In this document: positions 1 to 7,820 of the stretch, piece after piece
Numbering within the stretch: position 1 is the first letter of the stretch
How the letters are laid out: every line of letters starts with the position of its first letter
IMG/VR virus record: IMGVR_UViG_3300032334_001252
Length of the DNA: 20,000 nt
DNA from: an uncultured virus (IMG/VR IMGVR_UViG_3300032334_001252)
Taxonomy: Duplodnaviria; Heunggongvirae; Uroviricota; Caudoviricetes
Strand: one strand, 5' to 3'
Translations under genes and position numbers: made by a program
Notes under the pieces: generated by a model
The model's database searches: none
The model's input: only the letters and a program-made list of their open reading frames with translations
What the model was told of the DNA's origin: nothing

Positions 1-20
1 AGTATAGTAAATTACAGCAG

Positions 21-101
21 TCATTTTAAGATCTCAGTAACAAATACTTCAAATTTCTTCTCATCAGACCACTCGGCAATTTCTTTAATTCGTTCGTTCA
101 T
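21..101 (-). CDS. tiny hypothetical protein (MNERIKEIAEWSDEKKFEVFVTEILK)
   Basis: Hand-translated 26-aa ORF, below ORF-track cutoff; overlaps upstream ORF as in a packed operon. Confidence 0.35.
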   Translation of the reverse strand: MNERIKEIAEWSDEKKFEVFVTEILK

Positions 102-231
102 TTTGTTTTATCCATTTAAATAATCTATAATAGTACTTGAACTGAATCGGGTGGTGTTCTGGGTCTGGTAGTTTATCACCAAACTGTTCCACCATACTAC
201 TGTAGACTTCTAATACTTCCGTATCTGTCAT
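85..231 (-). CDS. small hypothetical phage protein (48 aa, MTDTEVLEVY...LPDPEHHPIQFKYY)
   Basis: Hand-translated; start overlaps stop of 231..419 (TGATG coupling). Confidence 0.6.
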   Translation of the reverse strand: MTDTEVLEVYSSMVEQFGDKLPDPEHHPIQFKYYYRLFKWIKQNERTN

Positions 232-419
232 CAATATGTTCCACTTGCGTGTTGCATTAAATAGTTATAAACTTTGCTTAAATCTTGTTTAGACATTTGT
301 TCTGGTGTTATATTATCAAAAGCTAAGTTATTACCAGTCCACCATTTGCAAGCCATATGTTTACCTACTAGTGCAACAACTAATACTTGACAACGCTTTA
401 ACATAACGTCGTGGTTCAT
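231..419 (-). CDS. Xre/MbcA/ParS antitoxin C-terminal-like small protein
   Basis: LVG..A.KWW...N.AFDNITPEQM resembles the lfG..a..W..pN.alg..tP motif. Confidence 0.5.
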   Translation of the reverse strand: MNHDVMLKRCQVLVVALVGKHMACKWWTGNNLAFDNITPEQMSKQDLSKVYNYLMQHASGTY

Positions 420-622
420 TAGTATGCTCCCATGCTGTTGTCTACTGCATGACTAATTTCAGGCAAAAACATCTCCAACACTTTATCCAAGTCGCCGTCG
501 CCATGCTTTTGTGAACTACGCACAGCATTGTAAATGTCGTCTAGTAGTGCAAGATATTGAGGTCCGTTAAGATAAACGCGAGCATCTTCAGCACTTTCAC
601 ATTTAATTGTAATATCAAACAT
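419..622 (-). CDS. hypothetical protein
   Basis: ORF track 419..637; ATG at 622 has a GGAG RBS. Confidence 0.7.
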   Translation of the reverse strand: MFDITIKCESAEDARVYLNGPQYLALLDDIYNAVRSSQKHGDGDLDKVLEMFLPEISHAVDNSMGAY

Positions 623-821
623 ATTTAACATCTCCACCTTTAGAATTAATACCGACTAAATCACGCATATTGTAAATAGGCACATAGTTGCTTTTGTGCA
701 TAGGTACAATGGTGTGTTTGTGAGCACGCGCACGCAACTCGCCACACTCCATGCAAAAATGATGACCCAAAGCCCAACGAGCTTTAGCTACTTCACGACC
801 ACAAGCTACACAGCAATACAT
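615..821 (-). CDS. DksA/TraR-type C4 zinc-finger protein
   Basis: CxxCG.EV..AR..LG..FCxxC; first gene after the 849-877 promoter. Confidence 0.65.
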   Translation of the reverse strand: MYCCVACGREVAKARWALGHHFCMECGELRARAHKHTIVPMHKSNYVPIYNMRDLVGINSKGGDVKYV

Positions 822-848
822 AAGGTTCTCCGATTAATTTATAAATAT

Positions 849-877
849 ATTATAAATGATTTGACCCTAAGCCGCAA
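849..877 (-). promoter_or_regulatory. sigma70-type promoter
   Basis: TTGCGG-17 nt-TATAAT on minus strand. Confidence 0.75.
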
Positions 878-879
878 GA

Positions 880-1242
880 CTAAAGTTGTCGACCTAATCT
901 GATTAGTTGTTCATGAAGCTGACGAATCACTTGTTTATAATGATTGACTGCTTGACGTTGACCTGGCAGCCAATCTGGACGTAGACTTAGTGCCAACTCT
1001 TCATTTGGTGTAACCAATATGGTTTTGAGTGTATCATCACGCCAACGTAATTTTTCACAAAATATTAACACAGTTTCCAACTTAAATTTAGATACGTCAA
1101 TATCATCACTATGCAACAACTCAGGCGGTAGTGATACAGCAATGCGTGCTCCGCCATTCTTTTCCATTTGTTCTAATAACCATACAGGTAGATCTAATAT
1201 GGTTATTGGCTCAAACTCCGTTGTGTAAAGTACTACTTGCAT
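880..1242 (-). CDS. hypothetical protein
   Basis: 120-aa ORF in operon context. Confidence 0.75.
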   Translation of the reverse strand: MQVVLYTTEFEPITILDLPVWLLEQMEKNGGARIAVSLPPELLHSDDIDVSKFKLETVLIFCEKLRWRDDTLKTILVTPNEELALSLRPDWLPGQRQAVNHYKQVIRQLHEQLIRLGRQL

Positions 1243-1396
1243 CTTTTTTCCTTAAAGTGTAGCTACCATCACCATTGTCATCCCACATAATGGTATCGCC
1301 AATTTCCCAGCCTAAGGTATCCCACAACTCATCAGGAATCTGAAAGTATGCTTCACCACTAGGATCCATTTCAATCTTGGTTGTGTAGGTTGTCAT
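1211..1396 (-). CDS. AbrB/MazE/SpoVT-family DNA-binding protein
   Basis: YFQIPDELWDTLGWEIGDTIMW...GSYTLRK swapped-hairpin pattern. Confidence 0.7.
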   Translation of the reverse strand: MTTYTTKIEMDPSGEAYFQIPDELWDTLGWEIGDTIMWDDNGDGSYTLRKKDASSTLHNGV

Positions 1397-1397
1397 A

Positions 1398-1988
1398 TTA
1401 TTTATAGTTTAATGCTAATGAAATTCTAGGAACAGTATTTGTACCTTGCTCTACTAAATGTCGTAAATATGATCTAAAAATCAACAATAATCCTTGACGT
1501 GCAGGAAATTTAATTCTAGTAATATTTAGTTTATTTTTATATTTAATATCTTTTAGCGGAAACATATCAGGTTCCTTAGGATCTTCAAACATAATATTAC
1601 CTGAATTTTCTGGCGCACTAATATAGTACACTGCACTAAATACATTTGCATTGTGTGCATGAAATTCTTGGTAACTACCACTATCCGCTACATTAAACCA
1701 ACCTGTATGTGGAGTATAGTTGCCTTCACAACCACTAATACGTGCAAATTCGTTAACGTGTTGAGTAATTAAATTGACAAGTGGTTGAAACATTTTGTCT
1801 TGGTACAAGTCATGTGTGCCAAGAGTATTATAAGTATTGCCTAACCAACCTTCCCCACCTATAGCAGTATTTTGTTTTATTTGTAAACAATGTTTTGCTA
1901 ATTCATAATTTTGTTCTAAACTAACTAAATCTTCTTTAACATAAAAAGCTACTGGAAACCATTCCTCAATTGCTGTTGGTTCAATCAT
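1398..1988 (-). CDS. putative 2OG-Fe(II) oxygenase (TIGR02466-like)
   Basis: WFN...YQEFHAH...SAVYY...FEDP...GLLLIFRSYLRH...RISLALN. Confidence 0.8.
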   Translation of the reverse strand: MIEPTAIEEWFPVAFYVKEDLVSLEQNYELAKHCLQIKQNTAIGGEGWLGNTYNTLGTHDLYQDKMFQPLVNLITQHVNEFARISGCEGNYTPHTGWFNVADSGSYQEFHAHNANVFSAVYYISAPENSGNIMFEDPKEPDMFPLKDIKYKNKLNITRIKFPARQGLLLIFRSYLRHLVEQGTNTVPRISLALNYK

Positions 1989-2656
1989 TGAAATATACTT
2001 TCAGGAAAGAAAGCTTCAATGGTTACAGGTGCAATAAAACGCAAATCATGTAAAATTTGTTGTGCAATATCTCTGTGTTCTCGCTGAGTGCTAGGGTCTA
2101 GTCGTTGTTTAAGGTAAAATATCCAACTACGCATATTGCCATTCATGTACATTCTGCTCATGGTCAAACCTTCGGGCAAAATGGCACGGGCTTGCTCTTT
2201 GGCAATGCCTAAACTAAGTGCATAATCATAGTTTTCTTGAGCCTTTTTCATAATATTGCTTTGCAATTGTTCCCACTGATAAGCAATACGCCTATCATCA
2301 TCATTTTCACGAAGGTTTAATTGCATGCTGTTTTGACGATTTTTAGCGTCTTGCAGTCTAGCCTCTCTATGCACAAACTCGCCTAACTCACTCACATCTG
2401 CATAACGCTGTGAAAATTCTTGGAAACTAAACGATCTATGACGTAGTATTTGACGACCAATGTCACGTGTAGTATTAATCTCTACACAAACATTAGCCAT
2501 TTCAAAAGGACTAGTATGTCCCTCACGCATCATATATTTTAATAGTCCAGCAATTTGCTTATTAGTTTGATTATCAGGATTTGATACTCTAGCCATGTAT
2601 GCTATTTGTTTGTCAATGTCGGGTGTTGCCCAAATAATTTTTGTAGATTGTGTCAT
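1985..2656 (-). CDS. thyX: FAD-dependent thymidylate synthase
   Basis: ThyX motif RHRSFSFQEFSQRY, H.SPFE, ARAILP. Confidence 0.95.
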   Translation of the reverse strand: MTQSTKIIWATPDIDKQIAYMARVSNPDNQTNKQIAGLLKYMMREGHTSPFEMANVCVEINTTRDIGRQILRHRSFSFQEFSQRYADVSELGEFVHREARLQDAKNRQNSMQLNLRENDDDRRIAYQWEQLQSNIMKKAQENYDYALSLGIAKEQARAILPEGLTMSRMYMNGNMRSWIFYLKQRLDPSTQREHRDIAQQILHDLRFIAPVTIEAFFPESIFQ

Positions 2657-3429
2657 ACTGTAATTTGTAAGTGTGGATTGAATTCGTCTCTGGTTTCATA
2701 ACCGTAGTAACCATGTGGGTTGCATACTAATCTAGTGTCACCAATTATAATGTCTGAGGGATCATGAGTGTGACCATACAACCAAGTAGTATTTGATAAC
2801 CCACTAATATATTCACCAAGATCATTAGCAAAGTAGTTATTCAATAGGTCACTACCACGATAGCGTTCATGAATACACTCGATAGCTGGCAAAAAATGTG
2901 TAACAATTACTTTTTTGTATTCTGAGAATTCATTGTACACAAAGTCAATAGCATCTAAGTCCGCATAAAAACGCTTAGCGGCTTCGTTAGTGCTAAAGTC
3001 CCGAATAGTTTTAAAATCACTAATTCTGCTTTGACAAGCCATGTGTGCAATGTGGTCAGCACGAAAGTTAGTCCACAATGTGCCACCACAAAATACTACA
3101 CCATCAATAATAGTAAAGTTATCATTAGGATTAGTAAATGCGTACACACGATCCCAGTATTCACGATTACTAAGTATTGCGTCTAACTCATTATTAAATT
3201 CATTAATACTAGTGCCATAAAATTCATGGTTACCAGGAACGTACACAATTTTAGGAAAACCAGCTTCTAAGAATTTGTCTATAGTATGCGCTACATTATT
3301 AGCACCCACGGCAATATCGCCAGCCAAAACCAATACATCTTCACCTTTATATTCCATAAAAGTTTCAGTGTACATTGATTTTGAACGGAAAAATTCGTGG
3401 TGTAAATCACTTAGTAATCTGATCTTCAT
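2653..3429 (-). CDS. calcineurin-like metallophosphoesterase
   Basis: SDLH, AGD, GNHE, VTH, GHTH, NPHGY motifs. Confidence 0.9.
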   Translation of the reverse strand: MKIRLLSDLHHEFFRSKSMYTETFMEYKGEDVLVLAGDIAVGANNVAHTIDKFLEAGFPKIVYVPGNHEFYGTSINEFNNELDAILSNREYWDRVYAFTNPNDNFTIIDGVVFCGGTLWTNFRADHIAHMACQSRISDFKTIRDFSTNEAAKRFYADLDAIDFVYNEFSEYKKVIVTHFLPAIECIHERYRGSDLLNNYFANDLGEYISGLSNTTWLYGHTHDPSDIIIGDTRLVCNPHGYYGYETRDEFNPHLQITV

Positions 3430-3460
3430 TTTGGTTCTCTGTTAATTGTTTATAGTGTAT

Positions 3461-3489
3461 ATTATACTACAATAAGCTAGGGCTAGCAA
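3461..3489 (-). promoter_or_regulatory. sigma70-type promoter
   Basis: TTGCTA-17 nt-TATAAT on minus strand. Confidence 0.75.
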
Positions 3490-3509
3490 GTGTAAAATTA
3501 TTTTTGTTG

Positions 3510-3989
3510 TTAGCTATAAAATATATGATTGCCTATTTTAGCCACAATAGTTTTAGTTTTAGCCCATTTAGGCTTTATATCTTTAGCATGAAAGTAAAGG
3601 GCATTGGTAGTAGGTATTAGTATATATCCTTGTAATATACCTTTAGCTAAAAGCTGTGCTTCACGCCAAGCTATTCCATCTTTTACTTTTAATTTTTGAT
3701 CTGTCCAACTAAATTGTTTGTTGGCATATACCACTTTACAAACAGTTTTATCAAAAAGTGTATCGTGATTTGCACGATTTAGGGTTACTTTAGCAACATG
3801 AAGTTTACCAGTCATAGGCTCACCGCGTGATTCAAAGTAAATGTTTTTAGCTAAGCATACAATATCTTGTTGAGTGTAATTTTTATTTTTATAGAATTCA
3901 AATCCGTCTATGTACGGTATAGTTAGTGTTGTAGTAAAAAATGTAGTACTCAATATTGCTATGCTTGCTAACTTTTTATAAGTTAGCAT
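3510..3989 (-). CDS. cell wall hydrolase, SleB/Hydrolase_2 family
   Basis: CLAKNIYFESRGE, VTLNR, VVY...QFSW, ALYFH, IGNHIFY; start moved to ATG 3989 (AGAAAGG RBS, promoter lies within the longer ORF). Confidence 0.9.
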   Translation of the reverse strand: MLTYKKLASIAILSTTFFTTTLTIPYIDGFEFYKNKNYTQQDIVCLAKNIYFESRGEPMTGKLHVAKVTLNRANHDTLFDKTVCKVVYANKQFSWTDQKLKVKDGIAWREAQLLAKGILQGYILIPTTNALYFHAKDIKPKWAKTKTIVAKIGNHIFYS

Positions 3990-4047
3990 ATAAACCTTTC
4001 TATATAATTTTAAGGTTATTTCCTTAATGTCATGAAAATGAACTTTC

Positions 4048-4076
4048 ATTATAACAGTTAACCACAACATTGGCAA
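4048..4076 (-). promoter_or_regulatory. sigma70-type promoter (leftward of a divergent pair)
   Basis: TTGCCA-17 nt-TATAAT with extended -10 TG. Confidence 0.75.
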
Positions 4077-4118
4077 GTATAAATTTTGTATTTGCCTATA
4101 GCTTACACACAAATTTAC

Positions 4119-4147
4119 TTGAAAATTGTTGCCCCAAGTGATATAAT
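4119..4147 (+). promoter_or_regulatory. sigma70-type promoter (rightward of a divergent pair)
   Basis: TTGAAA-17 nt-TATAAT with extended -10 TG. Confidence 0.8.
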
Positions 4148-4170
4148 GTAGAGAATCACAGGATTAATTT

Positions 4171-4371
4171 ATGGCTCAACCAAACTATACAGAAGAACTA
4201 GAACGCATAGTAATAGAAGTACTACTGCCTGTTTTTGAACAACACGTTAAAGAACGAGGATATCCTATTATGCAAACGGAAATTCCTCCAGCTTATCTAC
4301 AAAAGTTTAAAACTAAGAAAGTTCTACCTAGGCTGCTTATGCCTAAAGAAAAATTAGACTTGAACCAATAA
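4171..4371 (+). CDS. hypothetical protein
   Basis: 66-aa ORF with AGGA RBS after promoter. Confidence 0.7.
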   Translation: MAQPNYTEELERIVIEVLLPVFEQHVKERGYPIMQTEIPPAYLQKFKTKKVLPRLLMPKEKLDLNQ

Positions 4372-4388
4372 TTAAATTATTGTATAAT
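4360..4388 (+). promoter_or_regulatory. sigma70-type promoter
   Basis: TTGAAC-17 nt-TATAAT; ATG only 6 nt downstream, so probably a leaderless mRNA. Confidence 0.7.
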
Positions 4389-4394
4389 ATAAAT

Positions 4395-4949
4395 ATGAAA
4401 CCAAATTACTTTTACATTAATAACATCTTAACAAAAGAAGATTGTGAACTAATAGTTGCAAAACAATTAGAACAAAACTTTGAAAAAGGTACTACTAGTA
4501 CAAAACAACAATCAATTTTTGAAAGAAATAGTTTTGTTAATTGGGTATTACCACAAACAATTTTAGACCCGTTAATGTATAGAATAATGGACGCGGTTAG
4601 ATTTCACACAATGAATGAGTTTGAATTTCCTGTTGGACAAGGAGAAATAATTCAATTTGGGGAATATGGATTTTTACAACATTATAGAGAACACATAGAC
4701 TGTAACATAACTAAACCTTATAGATTTATAAGTGCTACAGTACAACTTACTGACCCTAAACAGTATTTAGGGGGTAATTTACAAATAAAAAGAGGACCAT
4801 ATGATTGGGAAACTACACCTAAACAACAAGGTATTTTAACAGTATTTCCAAGTATGTTACCTCACAGGGTTACCCCAGTTTTATGGGGTAAAAGGCACTC
4901 ACTAGCACTATGGTTTGATATTGCTAGAGAGTATGAAGATGTTCAATAG
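4395..4949 (+). CDS. 2OG-Fe(II) oxygenase (prolyl-4-hydroxylase/PKHD-like)
   Basis: HID...YLGGNL...FPS..PHRVTPV..G.R.SL..W facial triad. Confidence 0.85.
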   Translation: MKPNYFYINNILTKEDCELIVAKQLEQNFEKGTTSTKQQSIFERNSFVNWVLPQTILDPLMYRIMDAVRFHTMNEFEFPVGQGEIIQFGEYGFLQHYREHIDCNITKPYRFISATVQLTDPKQYLGGNLQIKRGPYDWETTPKQQGILTVFPSMLPHRVTPVLWGKRHSLALWFDIAREYEDVQ

Positions 4950-4960
4950 AAATCTTCAAT

Positions 4961-4992
4961 TTTTCAATCTCGCTTAACAAGGAGAAAAAATG
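4961..4992 (+). promoter_or_regulatory. ROSE-like RNA thermometer hairpin over hsp20 RBS
   Basis: TCTC[G]CTT pairs with AAGGAGA (SD) with bulged G; contains U(U/C)GCU. Confidence 0.6.
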
Positions 4993-5406
4993 ACAAATCT
5001 TAGTTTGGGTCGTATTGACCAAGCATTACTTAGCCGTGCTTTAGTTGGTTTTGATAGAATGTTTGAGGACATTCAACATCTATCAGGAAACACTTACCCA
5101 CCTCATAACATTATTAAAATTGATGAAACTAATTATGAGATTGAAGTAGCTGTTGCAGGTTTTAAACGTGATGAAATCACAGTAGAACTAAATGAAACTG
5201 AACTAAAAATTACTGGGGATAAAGTAGACAAAGAAACATCAATCTATCTATACAGAGGCCTAGCTTCTCGCAGTTTTGTAAAAACACTACACCTTGCTGA
5301 AAATATTAAAGTAAATGATGTAGAGTTAGCAGATGGTATTCTTAAAATTAGTTTGGAGAAAGTCATTCCAGAAGAACTTAAACCACGAAAATTAAAAATT
5401 AAATAA
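4990..5406 (+). CDS. small heat shock protein (Hsp20/IbpA-like)
   Basis: GFDRMF, YPPHNI, EVAVAGF, YLYRGLASRSF, DGILKISL, IPEELKPRKLKI. Confidence 0.95.
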   Translation: MTNLSLGRIDQALLSRALVGFDRMFEDIQHLSGNTYPPHNIIKIDETNYEIEVAVAGFKRDEITVELNETELKITGDKVDKETSIYLYRGLASRSFVKTLHLAENIKVNDVELADGILKISLEKVIPEELKPRKLKIK

Positions 5407-5409
5407 ACA

Positions 5410-5433
5410 AAAGGGCAGGGAAACCTGCCCTTT
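5410..5433 (+). terminator. intrinsic terminator
   Basis: AAAGGGCAGG-GAAA-CCTGCCCTTT. Confidence 0.75.
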
Positions 5434-5450
5434 CTTATCTATATATTATT

Positions 5451-5831
5451 ATGCCAAAAGAAAATATTGAACAATTAGAATTAGCAGCAGTAGTAGGTAA
5501 CTATGTAACCACTCCTAAGCCCACAGGTACAGCATTAAAATTTGATGATGGTAAATTGCCATTTCACCTACTTAGTACCGAAGCAATGAATCAAACAGCA
5601 GCAGTACTAGCTTTTGGTGCAGAAAAATATGCTGAACATAATTGGCGTAAAGGTTTTGCATGGAGCAGACCTTTAAGCGCAGCAATGCGACACATCACCG
5701 CATTTAATGCAGGTGAAGATAAAGACCCTGAGTCAGGACTATCACATTTAGCTCATGCAGCTTGTTGTATCATGTTCTTGCTCGAATTTGAGAAAACTCA
5801 TCAAGAGCTAGATGACAGATATAAGCCTTAA
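5451..5831 (+). CDS. dATP/dGTP diphosphohydrolase N-terminal domain protein (DUF5664-like)
   Basis: KFDDGK..., VLAFGAEKYAEHNWRKG, AAMRH, DPESGLSHLAHAACC. Confidence 0.8.
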   Translation: MPKENIEQLELAAVVGNYVTTPKPTGTALKFDDGKLPFHLLSTEAMNQTAAVLAFGAEKYAEHNWRKGFAWSRPLSAAMRHITAFNAGEDKDPESGLSHLAHAACCIMFLLEFEKTHQELDDRYKP

Positions 5832-6045
5832 TTATAAAAGACTTGCTAAAACATTAAATAAAACACGCAAGTCTTTGACCCAAACCTGTTACGATTTGGG
5901 CATAGATATAGATGAAATAGAAGACCATGTACTAGTAAGCATAATAGATCAATGCTCACATTGTAATATATGGTCGCAACAATTAGTACAAGATTTAGAC
6001 GACAACCCAATTTGCCCAACCTGTGTAAGACTAACAGGGCTTTAA
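5812..6045 (+). CDS. hypothetical Zn-ribbon protein
   Basis: CSHC...CPTC. Confidence 0.7.
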   Translation: MTDISLNYKRLAKTLNKTRKSLTQTCYDLGIDIDEIEDHVLVSIIDQCSHCNIWSQQLVQDLDDNPICPTCVRLTGL

Positions 6046-6054
6046 GAGAATAAA

Positions 6055-6477
6055 ATGACATACTTTCAAGAAGGCACAAAAAACGCTGCAATCTTTCGTA
6101 CAAGCGCCCCTTACAACAATCCTTATCAAGGTAATCAAGAACGTTGGCTTTTTGTGTGCAGCGCTGGATTACTACGTAGTCCAACAGGTGCCGCACTAGC
6201 CATTCAACGTGGTATTAATGCACGCAGTTGCGGATCAAACTTTAATTACGCACTAATTCCTTGTAGTGCCAATTTGATTGCTTGGGCTGATAAAATAATC
6301 TTTGTTAATTGGGAGAACTTACACCAATTAGAAGATAATTATATAGGTCATCCACATATACTAGAAGCAATTGAACAAAAACAAGTTGTGTTAGATATTC
6401 CTGATAACTATGAGTACATGAGTCCTAAACTTCAACAACATTTTCAAGAACAATTGTTTGAACCATTAGAAAAGTAA
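6055..6477 (+). CDS. low-molecular-weight protein-tyrosine-phosphatase-like protein
   Basis: LFVCSAGLLRSPT (CX5R), WAD.I, LDIPD.Y. Confidence 0.8.
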   Translation: MTYFQEGTKNAAIFRTSAPYNNPYQGNQERWLFVCSAGLLRSPTGAALAIQRGINARSCGSNFNYALIPCSANLIAWADKIIFVNWENLHQLEDNYIGHPHILEAIEQKQVVLDIPDNYEYMSPKLQQHFQEQLFEPLEK

Positions 6478-6485
6478 CATAAAAT

Positions 6486-6562
6486 CTGTCCTTAGCTCAG
6501 TTGGATAGAGCATCGGTCTTCTACACCGTTGGTCGGGGGTTCGAATCCCTCAGGGCAGGCCA
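6486..6562 (+). tRNA. tRNA-Arg(UCU)
   Basis: CTGTCCT/AGGGCAG acceptor, loop CT-TCT-AC, TTCGAAT, encoded CCA. Confidence 0.92.
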
Positions 6563-6574
6563 ATAAATATTGAC

Positions 6575-6603
6575 TTGATTTCTTCAACAAATAATAGTAT
6601 AAT
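6575..6603 (+). promoter_or_regulatory. sigma70-type promoter
   Basis: TTGATT-17 nt-TATAAT. Confidence 0.75.
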
Positions 6604-6624
6604 ATATACTTATTGGAGAAAACT

Positions 6625-6822
6625 ATGGCAGGATATACTAAAGAATTTTTAATTGCAGCTTTTGTTAGCCGTTATGAGTGTTTAGGTTTAGAAGCTGTAG
6701 AGCAACAATATCGATTAGCATCAAAAACATGGGATATGTACCCTGTAGAAAAGTTTAGACAATATTGCAGTTTAGATGCTAATGCAATTAAACTTTATAA
6801 AGAAAAGTTAACACAACAATAG
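6625..6822 (+). CDS. hypothetical protein
   Basis: ATG after GGAG; last base of stop TAG is G1 of tRNA-Leu. Confidence 0.7.
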   Translation: MAGYTKEFLIAAFVSRYECLGLEAVEQQYRLASKTWDMYPVEKFRQYCSLDANAIKLYKEKLTQQ

Positions 6823-6904
6823 CCCCGATGGTGGAATTGGTAGACACGCTGGTCTTAGAAGCCAGTGCGCAAGCATCCGAGTTCGAGTCTCGGTTGGGGC
6901 ACCA
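6822..6904 (+). tRNA. tRNA-Leu(UAG)
   Basis: GCCCCGA/TTGGGGC, CT-TAG-AA, long variable arm, ACCA. Confidence 0.95.
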
Positions 6905-6915
6905 AGGAATTTTAA

Positions 6916-7533
6916 ATGCAAACAATAGTAAATGACTATTTATATAGTTTTCAATTAGATAATATTGATAATAATGCACTATTCAACAAGTGTTTAGTTA
7001 TTGAAGATATTATTATTCAAACCACACCGGCTGCTGAAAAAGGTTGGTATGGTAATCTTACTAGTGCTAAAAATCAAAGTTATAATTTATTTACTTTTCC
7101 AGTAAAAGAGTTACACGAACTTTATCAAGCAATGGTAAAAAATATTACACCACTACTAGATAAAGATACCAGCTATGTATTAAAAAGCTGGATGAATGTA
7201 TATCGTAATGGTGATAAAGTAAGTTGGCATCAACATTGGCCTCCTAAAGATAAAGTATGGCATGGTTTTTATTGTGTAAATGTTGGCAAAAATGAAAGTG
7301 CTACCAATTATAAAATACCAGGAATTAAAGAAATTATTAATGTTCCTAGTATTGATGGATTATTGGTAGTAGGCAAAAGCGATGACGATAAACACAGCAG
7401 TACAGAGTGGCAAGGTAATAAACCACGTATTACATTAGCATTTGATATTGTTCCTATGTGGGCAGTAAATCCTAATGAAAATACAGATATGCATCATTTA
7501 CAACTATACCACTATATACCATTTAAAGCATGA
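6916..7533 (+). CDS. divergent putative 2OG-Fe(II) oxygenase (TIGR02466-like fold)
   Basis: SWMNVY...WHQH...HGFYCV...GLLVV...HSS...RITLAFD. Confidence 0.6.
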   Translation: MQTIVNDYLYSFQLDNIDNNALFNKCLVIEDIIIQTTPAAEKGWYGNLTSAKNQSYNLFTFPVKELHELYQAMVKNITPLLDKDTSYVLKSWMNVYRNGDKVSWHQHWPPKDKVWHGFYCVNVGKNESATNYKIPGIKEIINVPSIDGLLVVGKSDDDKHSSTEWQGNKPRITLAFDIVPMWAVNPNENTDMHHLQLYHYIPFKA

Positions 7534-7820
7534 CACAAAAAATAGCAATTAATACAGATTTTGGCGGATTCGGTCTTAGTGATGAAGCAATAGACCTTTA
7601 CAAAATCTTAACGGGAATCCCTCCCGCTGAAGATGTATATTACTGGGAAATTGACAGAGATAACCCAGTACTTATACAAATCATAGAACAACTAAATGAA
7701 CGTGCTGGCGGAAAATACAGTAGTTTAAAAGTTGTAGAAATTCCTGATGGTGTCGAATGGCACATTCATGAGTATGACGGCATGGAACACGTAGCAGAAA
7801 ATCACAGAACATGGCACTAA
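7530..7820 (+). CDS. conserved hypothetical phage protein
   Basis: IN..FGGFGLS...RDNPVL...EYDGME. Confidence 0.75.
   Translation: MTQKIAINTDFGGFGLSDEAIDLYKILTGIPPAEDVYYWEIDRDNPVLIQIIEQLNERAGGKYSSLKVVEIPDGVEWHIHEYDGMEHVAENHRTWH

Noticed and set aside
6788..6979. Minus-strand 63-aa ORF
   Set aside because: Antisense to tRNA-Leu and flanking genes
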